DNA of 46,553 nt from a virus. The stretch lies in IMG/VR virus record IMGVR_UViG_3300044802_000020; one strand, given 5' to 3'. Under the pieces are notes generated by a model. It searched no databases, was not told the DNA's origin, and saw nothing but the letters and a program-made list of their open reading frames with translations. How positions within the stretch are numbered: position 1 is the stretch's first letter; each line of letters begins with the position of its first letter. A program made the translations under genes and the position numbers. Shown piece by piece: positions 18,363 to 26,732 of the stretch.

Positions 18363-19273
18363 GCCGCTTCTTCTTCCATCGGCGCCAAGCCGAGCCACTG
18401 TTCCAGCGCATCGAGATCGACGCACGGAAGAGCGTCACAACGGCAGAGAATATCTTCCCCTGGATGGCAGGGCTCGCCGTCGATGGTGCCGGCCAACGGT
18501 CCGGGCTCGTCCCATCGGTGAATCGTGGTGTTGAGTTCCCAGTGATCCGGCCGGGTCCGTTCATCGTCCGTCGCCGCCCACTCGTATTGCTCGATCCCCA
18601 CGTCCGTCTGACGAACTTGGTTGAACGCGGAATTGAGCTTCGCCGTCTGGTCTCGGGCGATGACCTCGGCACGCGCGTCGGTGTCTTCCCCCATGCGGTC
18701 GATGTCGTCGACGAGGTTTTCCCAACGTCCGCCCGCGCGCCAGTTGCCGGCGACCTTGTCCGCGATGCCCTGGAAATACTCTTCGGGAATCGTCTTGATA
18801 AGGTCGACGTTCTCGATGACCTTCTCGCCAAGCACCTTCCCAATCCGCCCGTGGGGGGAAAGATAGGGCTCGATGTTCACGCTCATGGAGTCGCGGATCG
18901 AGCGTGACAGGCGCTCATCGACGGCCGCGAGGTTCCGCTTGGCTGCGAGCGAGGCGATCTTCTCGGCCTGCTTATGAATTCCCCCGAAGCGTCGCGCGAC
19001 ATCGCCGACGATCTGTTGCAGGCGCGGAGGAACGGCCGCGTCGTGCGCGAGTTGGCCGGGGAAGTCGCGGCGAAGCTCGGGCAGAAGGTGCTTCGTCGCG
19101 ATGATCTTCAAGGCGCCGGTCAAAACCCGCAGATCCCCTAGGTAGTCCATCTCGCACTTGTGCGACGGGCGCACAGGCCGCAGCTTGCGCAAGCGCTTTC
19201 GGAAGCGCTCGCTCCGATGCCCTGGAGGCTGGGCGCCGGGGACTACAAGCTGCGCAACGTGAACGTGCAACAT
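18359..19273 (-). CDS. Head morphogenesis / minor capsid protein (SPP1 gp7 / Mu gpF-like).
   Basis: 304 aa from the ATG at 19273, the first start after the portal stop, with GGAG 12 nt upstream. The C-terminus ...TDDERTRPDHWELNTTIHRWDEP...CHPGEDILCRCDALP is typical of the gp7/F family. The tracked 485-aa ORF extends off-frame into the portal gene. Confidence 0.7.
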   Translation of the reverse strand: MLHVHVAQLVVPGAQPPGHRSERFRKRLRKLRPVRPSHKCEMDYLGDLRVLTGALKIIATKHLLPELRRDFPGQLAHDAAVPPRLQQIVGDVARRFGGIHKQAEKIASLAAKRNLAAVDERLSRSIRDSMSVNIEPYLSPHGRIGKVLGEKVIENVDLIKTIPEEYFQGIADKVAGNWRAGGRWENLVDDIDRMGEDTDARAEVIARDQTAKLNSAFNQVRQTDVGIEQYEWAATDDERTRPDHWELNTTIHRWDEPGPLAGTIDGEPCHPGEDILCRCDALPCVDLDALEQWLGLAPMEEEAA

Positions 19274-19320
19274 TGATGCCTGGCTCCAGGATACGCGCGC
19301 ACCTAGAAAACCAAAATTTC

Positions 19321-20847
19321 CTAGGGCGCGGGAGGCTTTGGCGGCCCACTTTCCCCGGTCTTCTTTGACTTCAAGAACAGCGCTTGTTTCTGCGCTTCCT
19401 GCATCTGTGCTTCCGTCGCCGCCTCTTCCAAGTCCTTGACCATGTTCACTTCGGCGTTCTCCAAAGCCCCGTAGACCTTGTCTTCCTTGAGCTGCTTTGC
19501 GACGGTGTGACGGCCCAGCACTTCGAGTTCTACGTAGATCTGGTCTCGTTGGGCATTCTGCAAGAGCCGTTGCGACTTCTGCCCCGCGGTCTCGGTGAAC
19601 AGTGGACGCGGCGTGATGTGGAAGTTGGGCGGGACTTTCCCGAAACGGTGCATGCACAGAATCTTTAGCCCCTTCTTCACCTGTGGCGAGAGTAGCGACT
19701 TCTGCGCCTGTACAACCGACGTGCGGTAGTTCTGGTCGTCGGACTCCCCCGTAGCGTTCAAGCCTCCGGGCGAACGTCCGAAAAGCTTGGTGTCGGGAGT
19801 CTGCGCGGCGGCGCACACGTTCGCGCGGAAGTCCTCGACGATGGCGCCCAACCCGGAGAAGTTGTTCCCCTTCTTTTCGTAGCGATCTTGCGCGTCCATC
19901 ATAAGCATACGATTGGCGCTCTTCTGCGTCGCTGCGATGTTGAAGCGGGCGTTGATCTTGTCCGACCCCTTGGGCATCGCGAGCGTTTGCGCAAGGTTCG
20001 CGATCATCATCACGTCAACGTTCGCCTCGAAGAACATCGTAGCCAACAACGCCATGACCGAGGAGTAGTCCTTCACATCCTCGATGACGTGTTGAAGTTC
20101 CGAATCTCCCCACATCGCGTTTTGCAGGTACGAGCGGTAGGGAAGATGCCGGCCATCGAAGACCAGCACGCGCGACCAATGCACGCGCACCCCCGCTTCC
20201 GCCTCGCTACCTCCGAGCACGTAGAAGCGAGGCTTGAGAAAATTCGGACTGGGCAAGTCGCCACCCTTGTCCATCAACTCGGTGGCGGACATACGCCAGC
20301 GGTCGAAGACGTGGACGTATTCGAGGCAGCCTTCCCCGAGAGTGTCGACGTCGAGCGGCTCGGTCGGATCTTGGCCCTTGATGCCGAAGATCATCGCGCT
20401 TCCCCCGTAGAGTCGAGCCCACAGGGTGCTTTCCAAGAACTTCTGCTCGAAAGCGAACTCTTCCATGGCATCGTCAACCTGCTGCTGGCGATCCTTGTCG
20501 TCATCCTTGCCGTCCCACTGGACATCGTACCACTCGCGCACCATGTCCGTGCCCCGCACGTCGACGATATTCTTGCAAAGCCAGTTCGACCGATAGTAGG
20601 TCTCGGCCACCGAGTATTGCAACGGCTCGACGAAGCCGTAGCCGGTGAAGCTGCGCTTGTCGCGATTCGTGCCGAGCCCCGCGGCGACGTTCTGCAAACC
20701 ATCGTTGGCCTTCATGTGGATCAACTGCCGCTGGAGTTCCACCATCGCGTGCAAGGCGTCCTTGTCGGTCGTGAAGCGTGCGGCTGCATCCATGGCCAGC
20801 GCGCGCGGGTCTTGGGGTTTACGCCATCGTTTCAGGAAATCGAACAT
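19321..20847 (-). CDS. Portal protein (DUF1073-like).
   Basis: 508-aa ORF directly downstream of the large terminase, of portal size. Confidence 0.8.
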   Translation of the reverse strand: MFDFLKRWRKPQDPRALAMDAAARFTTDKDALHAMVELQRQLIHMKANDGLQNVAAGLGTNRDKRSFTGYGFVEPLQYSVAETYYRSNWLCKNIVDVRGTDMVREWYDVQWDGKDDDKDRQQQVDDAMEEFAFEQKFLESTLWARLYGGSAMIFGIKGQDPTEPLDVDTLGEGCLEYVHVFDRWRMSATELMDKGGDLPSPNFLKPRFYVLGGSEAEAGVRVHWSRVLVFDGRHLPYRSYLQNAMWGDSELQHVIEDVKDYSSVMALLATMFFEANVDVMMIANLAQTLAMPKGSDKINARFNIAATQKSANRMLMMDAQDRYEKKGNNFSGLGAIVEDFRANVCAAAQTPDTKLFGRSPGGLNATGESDDQNYRTSVVQAQKSLLSPQVKKGLKILCMHRFGKVPPNFHITPRPLFTETAGQKSQRLLQNAQRDQIYVELEVLGRHTVAKQLKEDKVYGALENAEVNMVKDLEEAATEAQMQEAQKQALFLKSKKTGESGPPKPPAP

Positions 20848-20856
20848 CGCAGCACC

Positions 20857-22209
20857 TCACAGAGTGTCGAAAATTGTAGGCGTCCGAGTGACGAGATCTT
20901 CGTGTGAATACCGTATGGCATCCCATCCGTGATCGTACCCCGGCTTGAGCAATCGCAAAGGTTTCTTGGTCAACGGGTCCAGCTTGTAGCTCCATAGGCG
21001 ACACTCTTCGAGTACGTTCGTACACGATGGGTGTACATAGATGCGCTCGAAGCCCCGTAGATAGGCGATGCCGTCTTCTACGCATCCCGGCCACTTCTCG
21101 CACGACCGCATGAGGATCATTCCGTCGACGTTCACGAGGTGTGAAATGGTCTCGGGGCGCGCGTTGTCCGCGATGCTGGCGTATCGGCGAAACTCACTGA
21201 TGGAATCGAGCACGGTGTGCAGGTGTGTGATCTCGGCCCCCAGCGTGCCGGGCATCGCATACGCCTCCTCGGCGATGTACAGATTACGGCGCAAGGGCAG
21301 TTGAACGTCCGCACCTTCGATCTCCGTCGTGCGGCCGATGTCTTCGGGGTTGAGTAGCTCGACATAGGACTTCGTACCCGCGCTCGGGTCTTGCGAAAAG
21401 CCGAAGTCGACGCCGAGATACGGCCCGCTGAAATTCTGCCGTCCCGTCATGCGTACGTCGAAGTCCTTCGAGCACCATTTGCCGTCGAGCACTTGGGCAT
21501 CGTTCTTGAACCAAGTCTTACCGCCCCAAATGTGTTCGTAGCGTTCCGGGTCGTGCTCGCGCATGTACTCGGCTTGGCTGCGTAGAACTTCGGGAAGCCA
21601 TGGGTTGTCTTTCCAGCCGACTTGCAGCACGACCGCACCGGGGAGCCTGCGAGTCGGGATCGCGAACATCTGGTAAATCGGGTCTTGCTCCTCGCGCGGG
21701 TTGAAGCTAATCCAGATCTCCGACCCAGGACTTCGGATGGTGGGGTCGAGCACATCCCACGACTCTTGCGAGATGGTCTCGGCTTCTTCGATCCAGCAAA
21801 TGTCGATAGCTTCCATCGACTTCTTCGCGGACATGTTGTGATGGAGCCCCACGAAGATGAACTGCGAACCCGTCCAGCGATTGACGATCTCCGTGTCGTT
21901 GATGACGTACTCCGACTCAAGCCCCAACCGCACGATCTGGCTCTTGAGGAGGTAGTGCACCGACTCACGGATCGACTTCTGAAACTCGCGCGCGCAAAGG
22001 ATACGAAGCTTCTTCCTGCACGCGAGCACGACAAGGGCGCGCGCGATGGTCCACGACTTCACCGACCCACGGCCCCCGTAGACCACGCGATAGCGCGGAC
22101 CTTGGACGAAGAACCGACGCATGCAGCGCGGAACCTCGAAGATGACTTGCTCCCCGCGAGCTGGCCCAAGCTCGGACTCTGCGAGTAGCGCCCACTGCGA
22201 TTCAAGCAT
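20857..22209 (-). CDS. terL: Terminase large subunit.
   Basis: 450 aa from the ATG at 22209 (MLESQWALLAE...). It has a Walker A-like VVYGGRGSVKSW and a Walker B-like ICWIEEAE, with a nuclease-type C-terminal half. Confidence 0.85.
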   Translation of the reverse strand: MLESQWALLAESELGPARGEQVIFEVPRCMRRFFVQGPRYRVVYGGRGSVKSWTIARALVVLACRKKLRILCAREFQKSIRESVHYLLKSQIVRLGLESEYVINDTEIVNRWTGSQFIFVGLHHNMSAKKSMEAIDICWIEEAETISQESWDVLDPTIRSPGSEIWISFNPREEQDPIYQMFAIPTRRLPGAVVLQVGWKDNPWLPEVLRSQAEYMREHDPERYEHIWGGKTWFKNDAQVLDGKWCSKDFDVRMTGRQNFSGPYLGVDFGFSQDPSAGTKSYVELLNPEDIGRTTEIEGADVQLPLRRNLYIAEEAYAMPGTLGAEITHLHTVLDSISEFRRYASIADNARPETISHLVNVDGMILMRSCEKWPGCVEDGIAYLRGFERIYVHPSCTNVLEECRLWSYKLDPLTKKPLRLLKPGYDHGWDAIRYSHEDLVTRTPTIFDTL

Positions 22210-22918
22210 CGAAAATGGTCTTTGCTTCGTCGACGGCGTCTTCGCTGTAGTCTCGCGCCTGCTGTTTCGGTTGCGGGTCTTGCGTCGCGGTCGTAGCATC
22301 GACGAACTTGACGGTGACTTCTCGAAGCTGTCTTTCCCCGCCAGCGGGCAACGGCTTTCCGTCCGAAGTCACGTCCACGCCCGAACGCCAACGCTTCGGG
22401 AACCGCACGGCCAAGAATCGCAACGCTGTATCGGCCGCATCCTTGGTAGGGAATTCACGGCGCGCGTGGATGAACTTGTGGACGACGGCCGTGCACCGCG
22501 CTTCCACCCCGGCAGCCATCGCACCGACCGCGCGAGCGAAAATCCAATACGGTCCGCTGCCTTCCTTCTCGCCTCGCATGATCCACGTGGCGACCATGCG
22601 CGACGATACGCTAGCCACGTCGCACGCCTGCTCGAAGTACATCCCCATGCCGAGCAACCCAAGGATCTTCTCGACGCGCTCGATCTTGAACTTCGACGTG
22701 CTGCGGTCGTTGGCCCTCGCCGTGGGGGGGACCAACTTCCCGCTCTTGTTCCGCTTCCACGACTTGTGTTTGACGGGCTTGCCCTGTACCGGCCAAGCGT
22801 ACTCTTTGAACGACTTCGCGAGCGCGGCCTTCACCGCGGCGGGGTCGGAGAAGTCGATATACTCGGGCTCGGTCTCGTCGGACGGTTCGGGAAAATCCTG
22901 CTTCTTTTGGTCGGACAT
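22202..22918 (-). CDS. terS: Terminase small subunit (putative, HTH-containing).
   Basis: 238 aa from the ATG at 22918 (MSDQKKQDFPEP...), with AGGGGTG upstream. A helix-turn-helix-like segment is present (GMYFEQACDVASVSSRMVATWIMRG). The gene overlaps the terL start by 8 nt. The tracked upstream 102 codons are off-frame-like. Confidence 0.65.
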   Translation of the reverse strand: MSDQKKQDFPEPSDETEPEYIDFSDPAAVKAALAKSFKEYAWPVQGKPVKHKSWKRNKSGKLVPPTARANDRSTSKFKIERVEKILGLLGMGMYFEQACDVASVSSRMVATWIMRGEKEGSGPYWIFARAVGAMAAGVEARCTAVVHKFIHARREFPTKDAADTALRFLAVRFPKRWRSGVDVTSDGKPLPAGGERQLREVTVKFVDATTATQDPQPKQQARDYSEDAVDEAKTIFDA

Positions 22919-22979
22919 GGACGCACCCCTAAAATAGACCCGTTGCCCCTCCCAGGGAAGAAACCAAAGGAGATCCCAC

Positions 22980-23198
22980 ATGGCAATCAAACGAAGGTCA
23001 GGCGGCGGTGGCGGAAATCGCGCCCCGCGAGTTGGTGGACGCGCAAGCCGCGCTGTCGCGGCAAACATGCGCACCGAAGGACGCGTTTTCAACCCGAAGA
23101 CGCGCAAGCTGGAACGTGAGAAGACCGGCATTCCCCGCGCCGCGCGGGAGTCGGCCGCCATGAGCGCGGCAGCCGGATCGAGCAACGAGGAAAAGTAG
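22980..23198 (+). CDS. Small, highly basic Gly/Arg-rich protein of unknown function.
   Basis: 72 aa (MAIKRRSGGGGGNRAPRVGGRASR...). A strong AAGGAG lies 7 nt upstream of the ATG. The TAG stop overlaps the GTG start of the next gene (TAGTG). Confidence 0.7.
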   Translation: MAIKRRSGGGGGNRAPRVGGRASRAVAANMRTEGRVFNPKTRKLEREKTGIPRAARESAAMSAAAGSSNEEK

Positions 23199-23866
23199 TG
23201 CCCTCGCTGCTTGAAGCAGCCCACGGAAGAGCCGCCGAGGTAGCGAAACTATCCGGCGGCTCTCTTCTTTTGGGGCTGTCTGGGAAAGATTCTTTCGTCA
23301 CGCTGGCCATCGCCGCCGAGCACTTCAAGCGGATCGAGTGCTTCCACCTGTACACCGTGCGCGGCCTGCGTTGTCTCGAAATTCCCCTGCAAGTCGTGTG
23401 CGCGCGCTTCGGTGCCAAGCTACACTACGTGCCGAGCCCGAACCTCGCGCGACTCATGAAGCACGGCGTTTTGCGTACGCACATCTCGAAGCTCACGCGG
23501 CGCCCCGAGATGAAGCGCGAAGACTGCGAACGGCTCATCCGTCGGCGTACGGGCATCGAATGGATCGCCTACGGTGAGCGCCTATCTGATTCGTTCGCGC
23601 GCCGTCTGTTCTGGCGGAAGATCAACGGCATTTACGAGAAGGGGAAGCGCGCGGCGCTCATCGTCGATTGGCTGGACGCTAACGTGTACGCGTACATGCG
23701 CGCGATGAAGATCCCAACCCCCTGTACCTTCGGCTCTTCGACGAAGTCGACGGGCTTCGGCCTTTCACGCGAAACGCTGCGCTGGCTTTCCGAGACGCAC
23801 CCGGACGACTACGAAAAAGTGTTGCGAGTTTTCCCCGGTGCGGGCGCGCAGCTCATCGACGTTTAG
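23198..23866 (+). CDS. PAPS-reductase-like PP-loop protein (IbrA / DndC-like superfamily).
   Basis: 222 aa with a GTG start and GAGG 9 nt upstream. The N-terminal LLLGLSGKDSFVTLAIA resembles the SGGxDS PP-loop of PAPS reductase-family enzymes but is one Gly short. Confidence 0.6.
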   Translation: MPSLLEAAHGRAAEVAKLSGGSLLLGLSGKDSFVTLAIAAEHFKRIECFHLYTVRGLRCLEIPLQVVCARFGAKLHYVPSPNLARLMKHGVLRTHISKLTRRPEMKREDCERLIRRRTGIEWIAYGERLSDSFARRLFWRKINGIYEKGKRAALIVDWLDANVYAYMRAMKIPTPCTFGSSTKSTGFGLSRETLRWLSETHPDDYEKVLRVFPGAGAQLIDV

Positions 23867-24165
23867 CCCAGCACGCGACGGGCAGGTATCGGCGGCAAGC
23901 GCACAGGCGGCGGGGCTGGCACCATACACTTACACCGCGTGTGGTATCCCATCGTGTGCCGATGCACGTCGCTAATCACGACGCGCCCCAGGCAGCGTTT
24001 CGCAAGCCAGTGCTCGACTTCTTCGCCTTCTTCGGACACGGCTTCGTGCCCATCCCATTGATCGCACGTCCAAGACTCCCCGCACTTCGTACACGTCAAG
24101 CGCACCAATGCGTGCTGCGCGCGATGATCAACCTTCACGGGCGGCGGAACTGTATTCGACACCAT
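23863..24165 (-). CDS. Cys-rich small protein (possible zinc ribbon).
   Basis: 100 aa from the ATG at 24165 (MVSNTVPPPVKVD...). It contains CTKCGESWTC and CKC motifs. It is the last gene of the minus-strand mini-operon, and its stop overlaps the convergent plus-strand stop. Confidence 0.65.
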   Translation of the reverse strand: MVSNTVPPPVKVDHRAQHALVRLTCTKCGESWTCDQWDGHEAVSEEGEEVEHWLAKRCLGRVVISDVHRHTMGYHTRCKCMVPAPPPVRLPPIPARRVLG

Positions 24166-24173
24166 AGCCGTAC

Positions 24174-24842
24174 CTACGCGAACGGCCCAAACACCCGCGC
24201 GCGGTGAGGGTCCGAGCACCAAAACGAAGAGCCCCGGCGCTGAGCTGTGCTCCCTAACGCGTCCTGCACCGCTTGCAGCACTCCAGGAAACGAGGTCGTG
24301 AAGTCATGCCCGGCGATAACCCCCGTCGGCTTCAACTTGGGCAGAAACGCACGAAGAAGCTCGACGGTGTCTTGGTAGCCGTGCTGGGCGTCGATGAACA
24401 CGAAATCAAGGCTCGCGTCCGCGTACGTCGCCGCGCGCTCTTGCCCCTTCGCCGACACGAGCTGCACGTACTTTTCCAGCCCTGCATGAAAGACCAGATC
24501 CCGCACAAGGTTGTCGTGCGGCCTGCCTGCGAGAATCGACGCGCGAAGCCCCGCGGGCACGTCCACGGCACCCGGCACGGGAAGCGCCATGATTTCATCG
24601 TACGTACGCAAGAGCCCGGACGCATCCCAGCCGAACACGTCGAAAGCGTCGAAAGCGATCTTCTTCCCCGACGCCTGGATCGCTTCGGCCATGTACAGCG
24701 TCGACTTGCCGAACATCACGCCGACTTCGACGAACGCCGCACCTTCGGCCGGCGCACGCGAGACCGCCTCGGAGTAGAGATCCGCGAAGTCGAAATACCC
24801 CGGCACGTTCTCCCAAGAAATCGCCAAGCCTCGAAGGTTCAT
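24174..24842 (-). CDS. Class I SAM-dependent methyltransferase (Methyltransf_24 / CmcI-like).
   Basis: 222 aa. FVEVGVMFGKSTLYMAE is a motif I-like segment, and LDFVFIDAQHGYQDTVELLRAFLPKLKPTGVIAGHDF fits the family. Confidence 0.75.
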   Translation of the reverse strand: MNLRGLAISWENVPGYFDFADLYSEAVSRAPAEGAAFVEVGVMFGKSTLYMAEAIQASGKKIAFDAFDVFGWDASGLLRTYDEIMALPVPGAVDVPAGLRASILAGRPHDNLVRDLVFHAGLEKYVQLVSAKGQERAATYADASLDFVFIDAQHGYQDTVELLRAFLPKLKPTGVIAGHDFTTSFPGVLQAVQDALGSTAQRRGSSFWCSDPHRARVFGPFA

Positions 24843-25564
24843 GACAGCACCTTGTGATCGACGTACCGAGTCCCCGCTTCAAGCCCGAGTTTTTCGAGCC
24901 ACGCATCCTTCGCCTTGCGGGAAGGGAACACGACCATGGCAATGCGTGCGGTGTCGAGGTCTTGACGATCCGACTTCCCCTTCTCGCGCATCTTCTGACG
25001 ACGATCCTTCGCCTCGGCGGCTTCCTGCTCGCGTGCTTCGGTCATTTCGTCGAGGTCATCGACAACGGCCTTCGTCTCGGGCGTCTGCTCTTCTTCGCTG
25101 AAAAGCCCCTTGCCCTGCTCGCCTAGCAGCGCTTCCATGCCGACTTGATCGAATCCCGTAGCGTCGAGGTCGAGACCTGGCAACACATCGGCGAGCGCGA
25201 CAAGATCCCAATCCCCCCCAAGGGCGGGATTGTTGAAGGCGATGTTCTCTTCGCGTTCCTGTTGCGGCGCGAGCTTCACCACACACACGTAGAGGAGATA
25301 CGCGCTTGTCCCCATGAGCGCATCGAGAATAGCCAGGCGCTTGTGTCCACCTACGATGTTGCTCGTAACCGAGTTCACCGTCACGGCTTGCAGCAAACCC
25401 CGCTTCTTGATCTTCGCAGTGAGGCGCTTCTGCGCATCCTTCGAGATGGTGCGCGGGTTGTATGGCGCGTTCTTGATCTTGCGGCGATCCCAGCGCTCGA
25501 CCACGAACTTCTGATAGGGGCAGAGGGCGAGATCTTTCGACACGGTAGCTACTTGCTTTGACAT
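24839..25564 (-). CDS. ParB N-terminal-domain (ParB/Srx-fold) protein.
   Basis: 241 aa from the ATG at 25564, with AAAGG 8 nt upstream. It carries APYNPRTISKDAQKRL and IVGGHKRLAILDAL (GxxRxxA-type). An alternative GTG at 25666 adds 34 codons of low GC3 and was not preferred. Confidence 0.75.
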   Translation of the reverse strand: MSKQVATVSKDLALCPYQKFVVERWDRRKIKNAPYNPRTISKDAQKRLTAKIKKRGLLQAVTVNSVTSNIVGGHKRLAILDALMGTSAYLLYVCVVKLAPQQEREENIAFNNPALGGDWDLVALADVLPGLDLDATGFDQVGMEALLGEQGKGLFSEEEQTPETKAVVDDLDEMTEAREQEAAEAKDRRQKMREKGKSDRQDLDTARIAMVVFPSRKAKDAWLEKLGLEAGTRYVDHKVLS

Positions 25565-25734
25565 GTTCGCCTTTGCTGACGTTGAAGATTGCGTACGACT
25601 TTTGCGCAAAGATGCGCTGTTTCGTGCCCCCCTTCGTCGAAGCTTCTTTCTTTGAGCGCGTGCCACTGCGCGATGCTGCCCAACACAACGGCGTCGACGT
25701 TATCCATGCACCACATGACGACCATCGGAAACGC

Positions 25735-25965
25735 CTACCCGTAGACCAGGGGAACCTTGACCTTCTTCGCACGCATCGCCCGGCGCTGCTGATGGTTCGG
25801 CCCTGTGCTGGGCGTGAACGTACCGGCTAACGCCGCGCGCTTCTCTTTGCTCGGCACACGCGCAAGGGGTCCGAACTTCGCGACCTCAAGCTTATATGTC
25901 AAAGCATCTTCACCGTTGCGGCTTGCGCGCGCGAGCATGGACTTCGGAACAAGGATTCTTCCCAT
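25735..25965 (-). CDS. Small hypothetical protein, first gene of the minus-strand mini-operon.
   Basis: 76 aa (MGRILVPKSMLARASRNGEDALTYKLEVAKF...), with GAAAGG upstream. It faces the AT-rich control region. Confidence 0.55.
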   Translation of the reverse strand: MGRILVPKSMLARASRNGEDALTYKLEVAKFGPLARVPSKEKRAALAGTFTPSTGPNHQQRRAMRAKKVKVPLVYG

Positions 25966-26059
25966 CGGCCTGCCTTTCGATGGGCAGAGAATACCACTGA
26001 ATGAGGACGGACCGCTACGATCTACGCGTGACGCGGGAGGGAAGAAAAAGGCGCTTTGC

Positions 26060-26300
26060 GTCCTAAAAAGCTCGTGTTTCGAGTTACGAGTTACGAGGGG
26101 GTCTACCTTACTATTGAATTCTTCTCTTCTACTATATATGGTATTGTTTAATTATTCACCCTATACTACGTATTGTCTTTCTCTTTCTTAGGTAAAAACT
26201 AAACTTGAAACTCGATCCGGGATAGTACGAAAGGGGCTTAAAATATAGGGTTTCTGTGTGTTTCAACTTTGTAACCGTGTTCGACAACAAAGAAGGGAAA
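26060..26300. promoter_or_regulatory. AT-rich divergent control region, a candidate for early promoters and/or the replication origin.
   Basis: Hand counts of lines 26101-26280 give about 30-38% GC, against well over 55% for most lines elsewhere. A tandem GAGTTAC GAGTTAC GAG sits at 26081-26097. The region lies between divergent genes starting at 25965 (-) and 26310 (+). Confidence 0.6.
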
Positions 26301-26309
26301 GTCGGCAAC

Positions 26310-26732
26310 ATGGCCACCGTCAACGTGATGATTTCGTTCCCCACGGAGTTCTACCTAAAACTGTCCGCAGAGGCCGAGAAGCTCGGTAAGTCGATCCCGG
26401 CCCTCGTCCGCGAAAAAGTCGGATCGGACGCAGTGCGTTCGGGACGCCCCAAACTTGACGCGGATGTGAAAATTCGAGCTATGATCTGCGACCTGCAATC
26501 CTTCATCGCCGACCAAAAAGCGGGGCGTCCGATCTCCGAACAGCGCCAGAAAATGTCGCGCTACTGGGCGCAAGAGCTGGGCAAGAAAGGGCTGCACTAC
26601 CCGCCCGACGGATGGCTTCTCAAAGGAACCCCTTTCGAGGATTTGCAGCCCGTCACGCATCCGCCGATCATCATTCAAGACCAGGGCGCAGCAGTACCCC
26701 TCAAGCGACGTACAAAGAAGGGTGCGAAATGA
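26310..26732 (+). CDS. Ribbon-helix-helix (CopG/Arc-like) DNA-binding protein, putative early regulator.
   Basis: 140 aa from the ATG at 26310. The N-terminus MATVNVMISFPTEFYLKLSAEAEKLGKSIPALVREKV fits a beta-strand, helix, helix RHH pattern. Confidence 0.65.
   Translation: MATVNVMISFPTEFYLKLSAEAEKLGKSIPALVREKVGSDAVRSGRPKLDADVKIRAMICDLQSFIADQKAGRPISEQRQKMSRYWAQELGKKGLHYPPDGWLLKGTPFEDLQPVTHPPIIIQDQGAAVPLKRRTKKGAK

Noticed and set aside
18359-19816. Long N-terminal extensions of tracked ORFs, for example 18359..19816, 22202..23224, 27248..29431, 36989..39160, 40570..42135, 13340..14152 and 4121..5110.
   Set aside because: The extensions overlap the upstream gene or a clearly non-coding gap and are Arg-rich. 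In each case they end at an internal ATG/GTG/TTG that has a Shine-Dalgarno-like site or a 1-8 nt overlap with the upstream stop. I used the shorter starts.
26156-26344. A 62-aa minus-strand ORF inside the AT-rich control region.
   Set aside because: Its start lies within the RHH gene. It has no Shine-Dalgarno-like site that I could see. Its composition (K/F/L/S/T-rich) simply mirrors AT-rich non-coding DNA.
26310-26732. A lysogeny module (repressor/integrase) inferred from the RHH protein beside the AT-rich control region.
   Set aside because: I recognised no integrase, excisionase, CI/Cro-like pair or partition system anywhere in the 46.4 kb. An RHH protein alone is not evidence of temperate growth.
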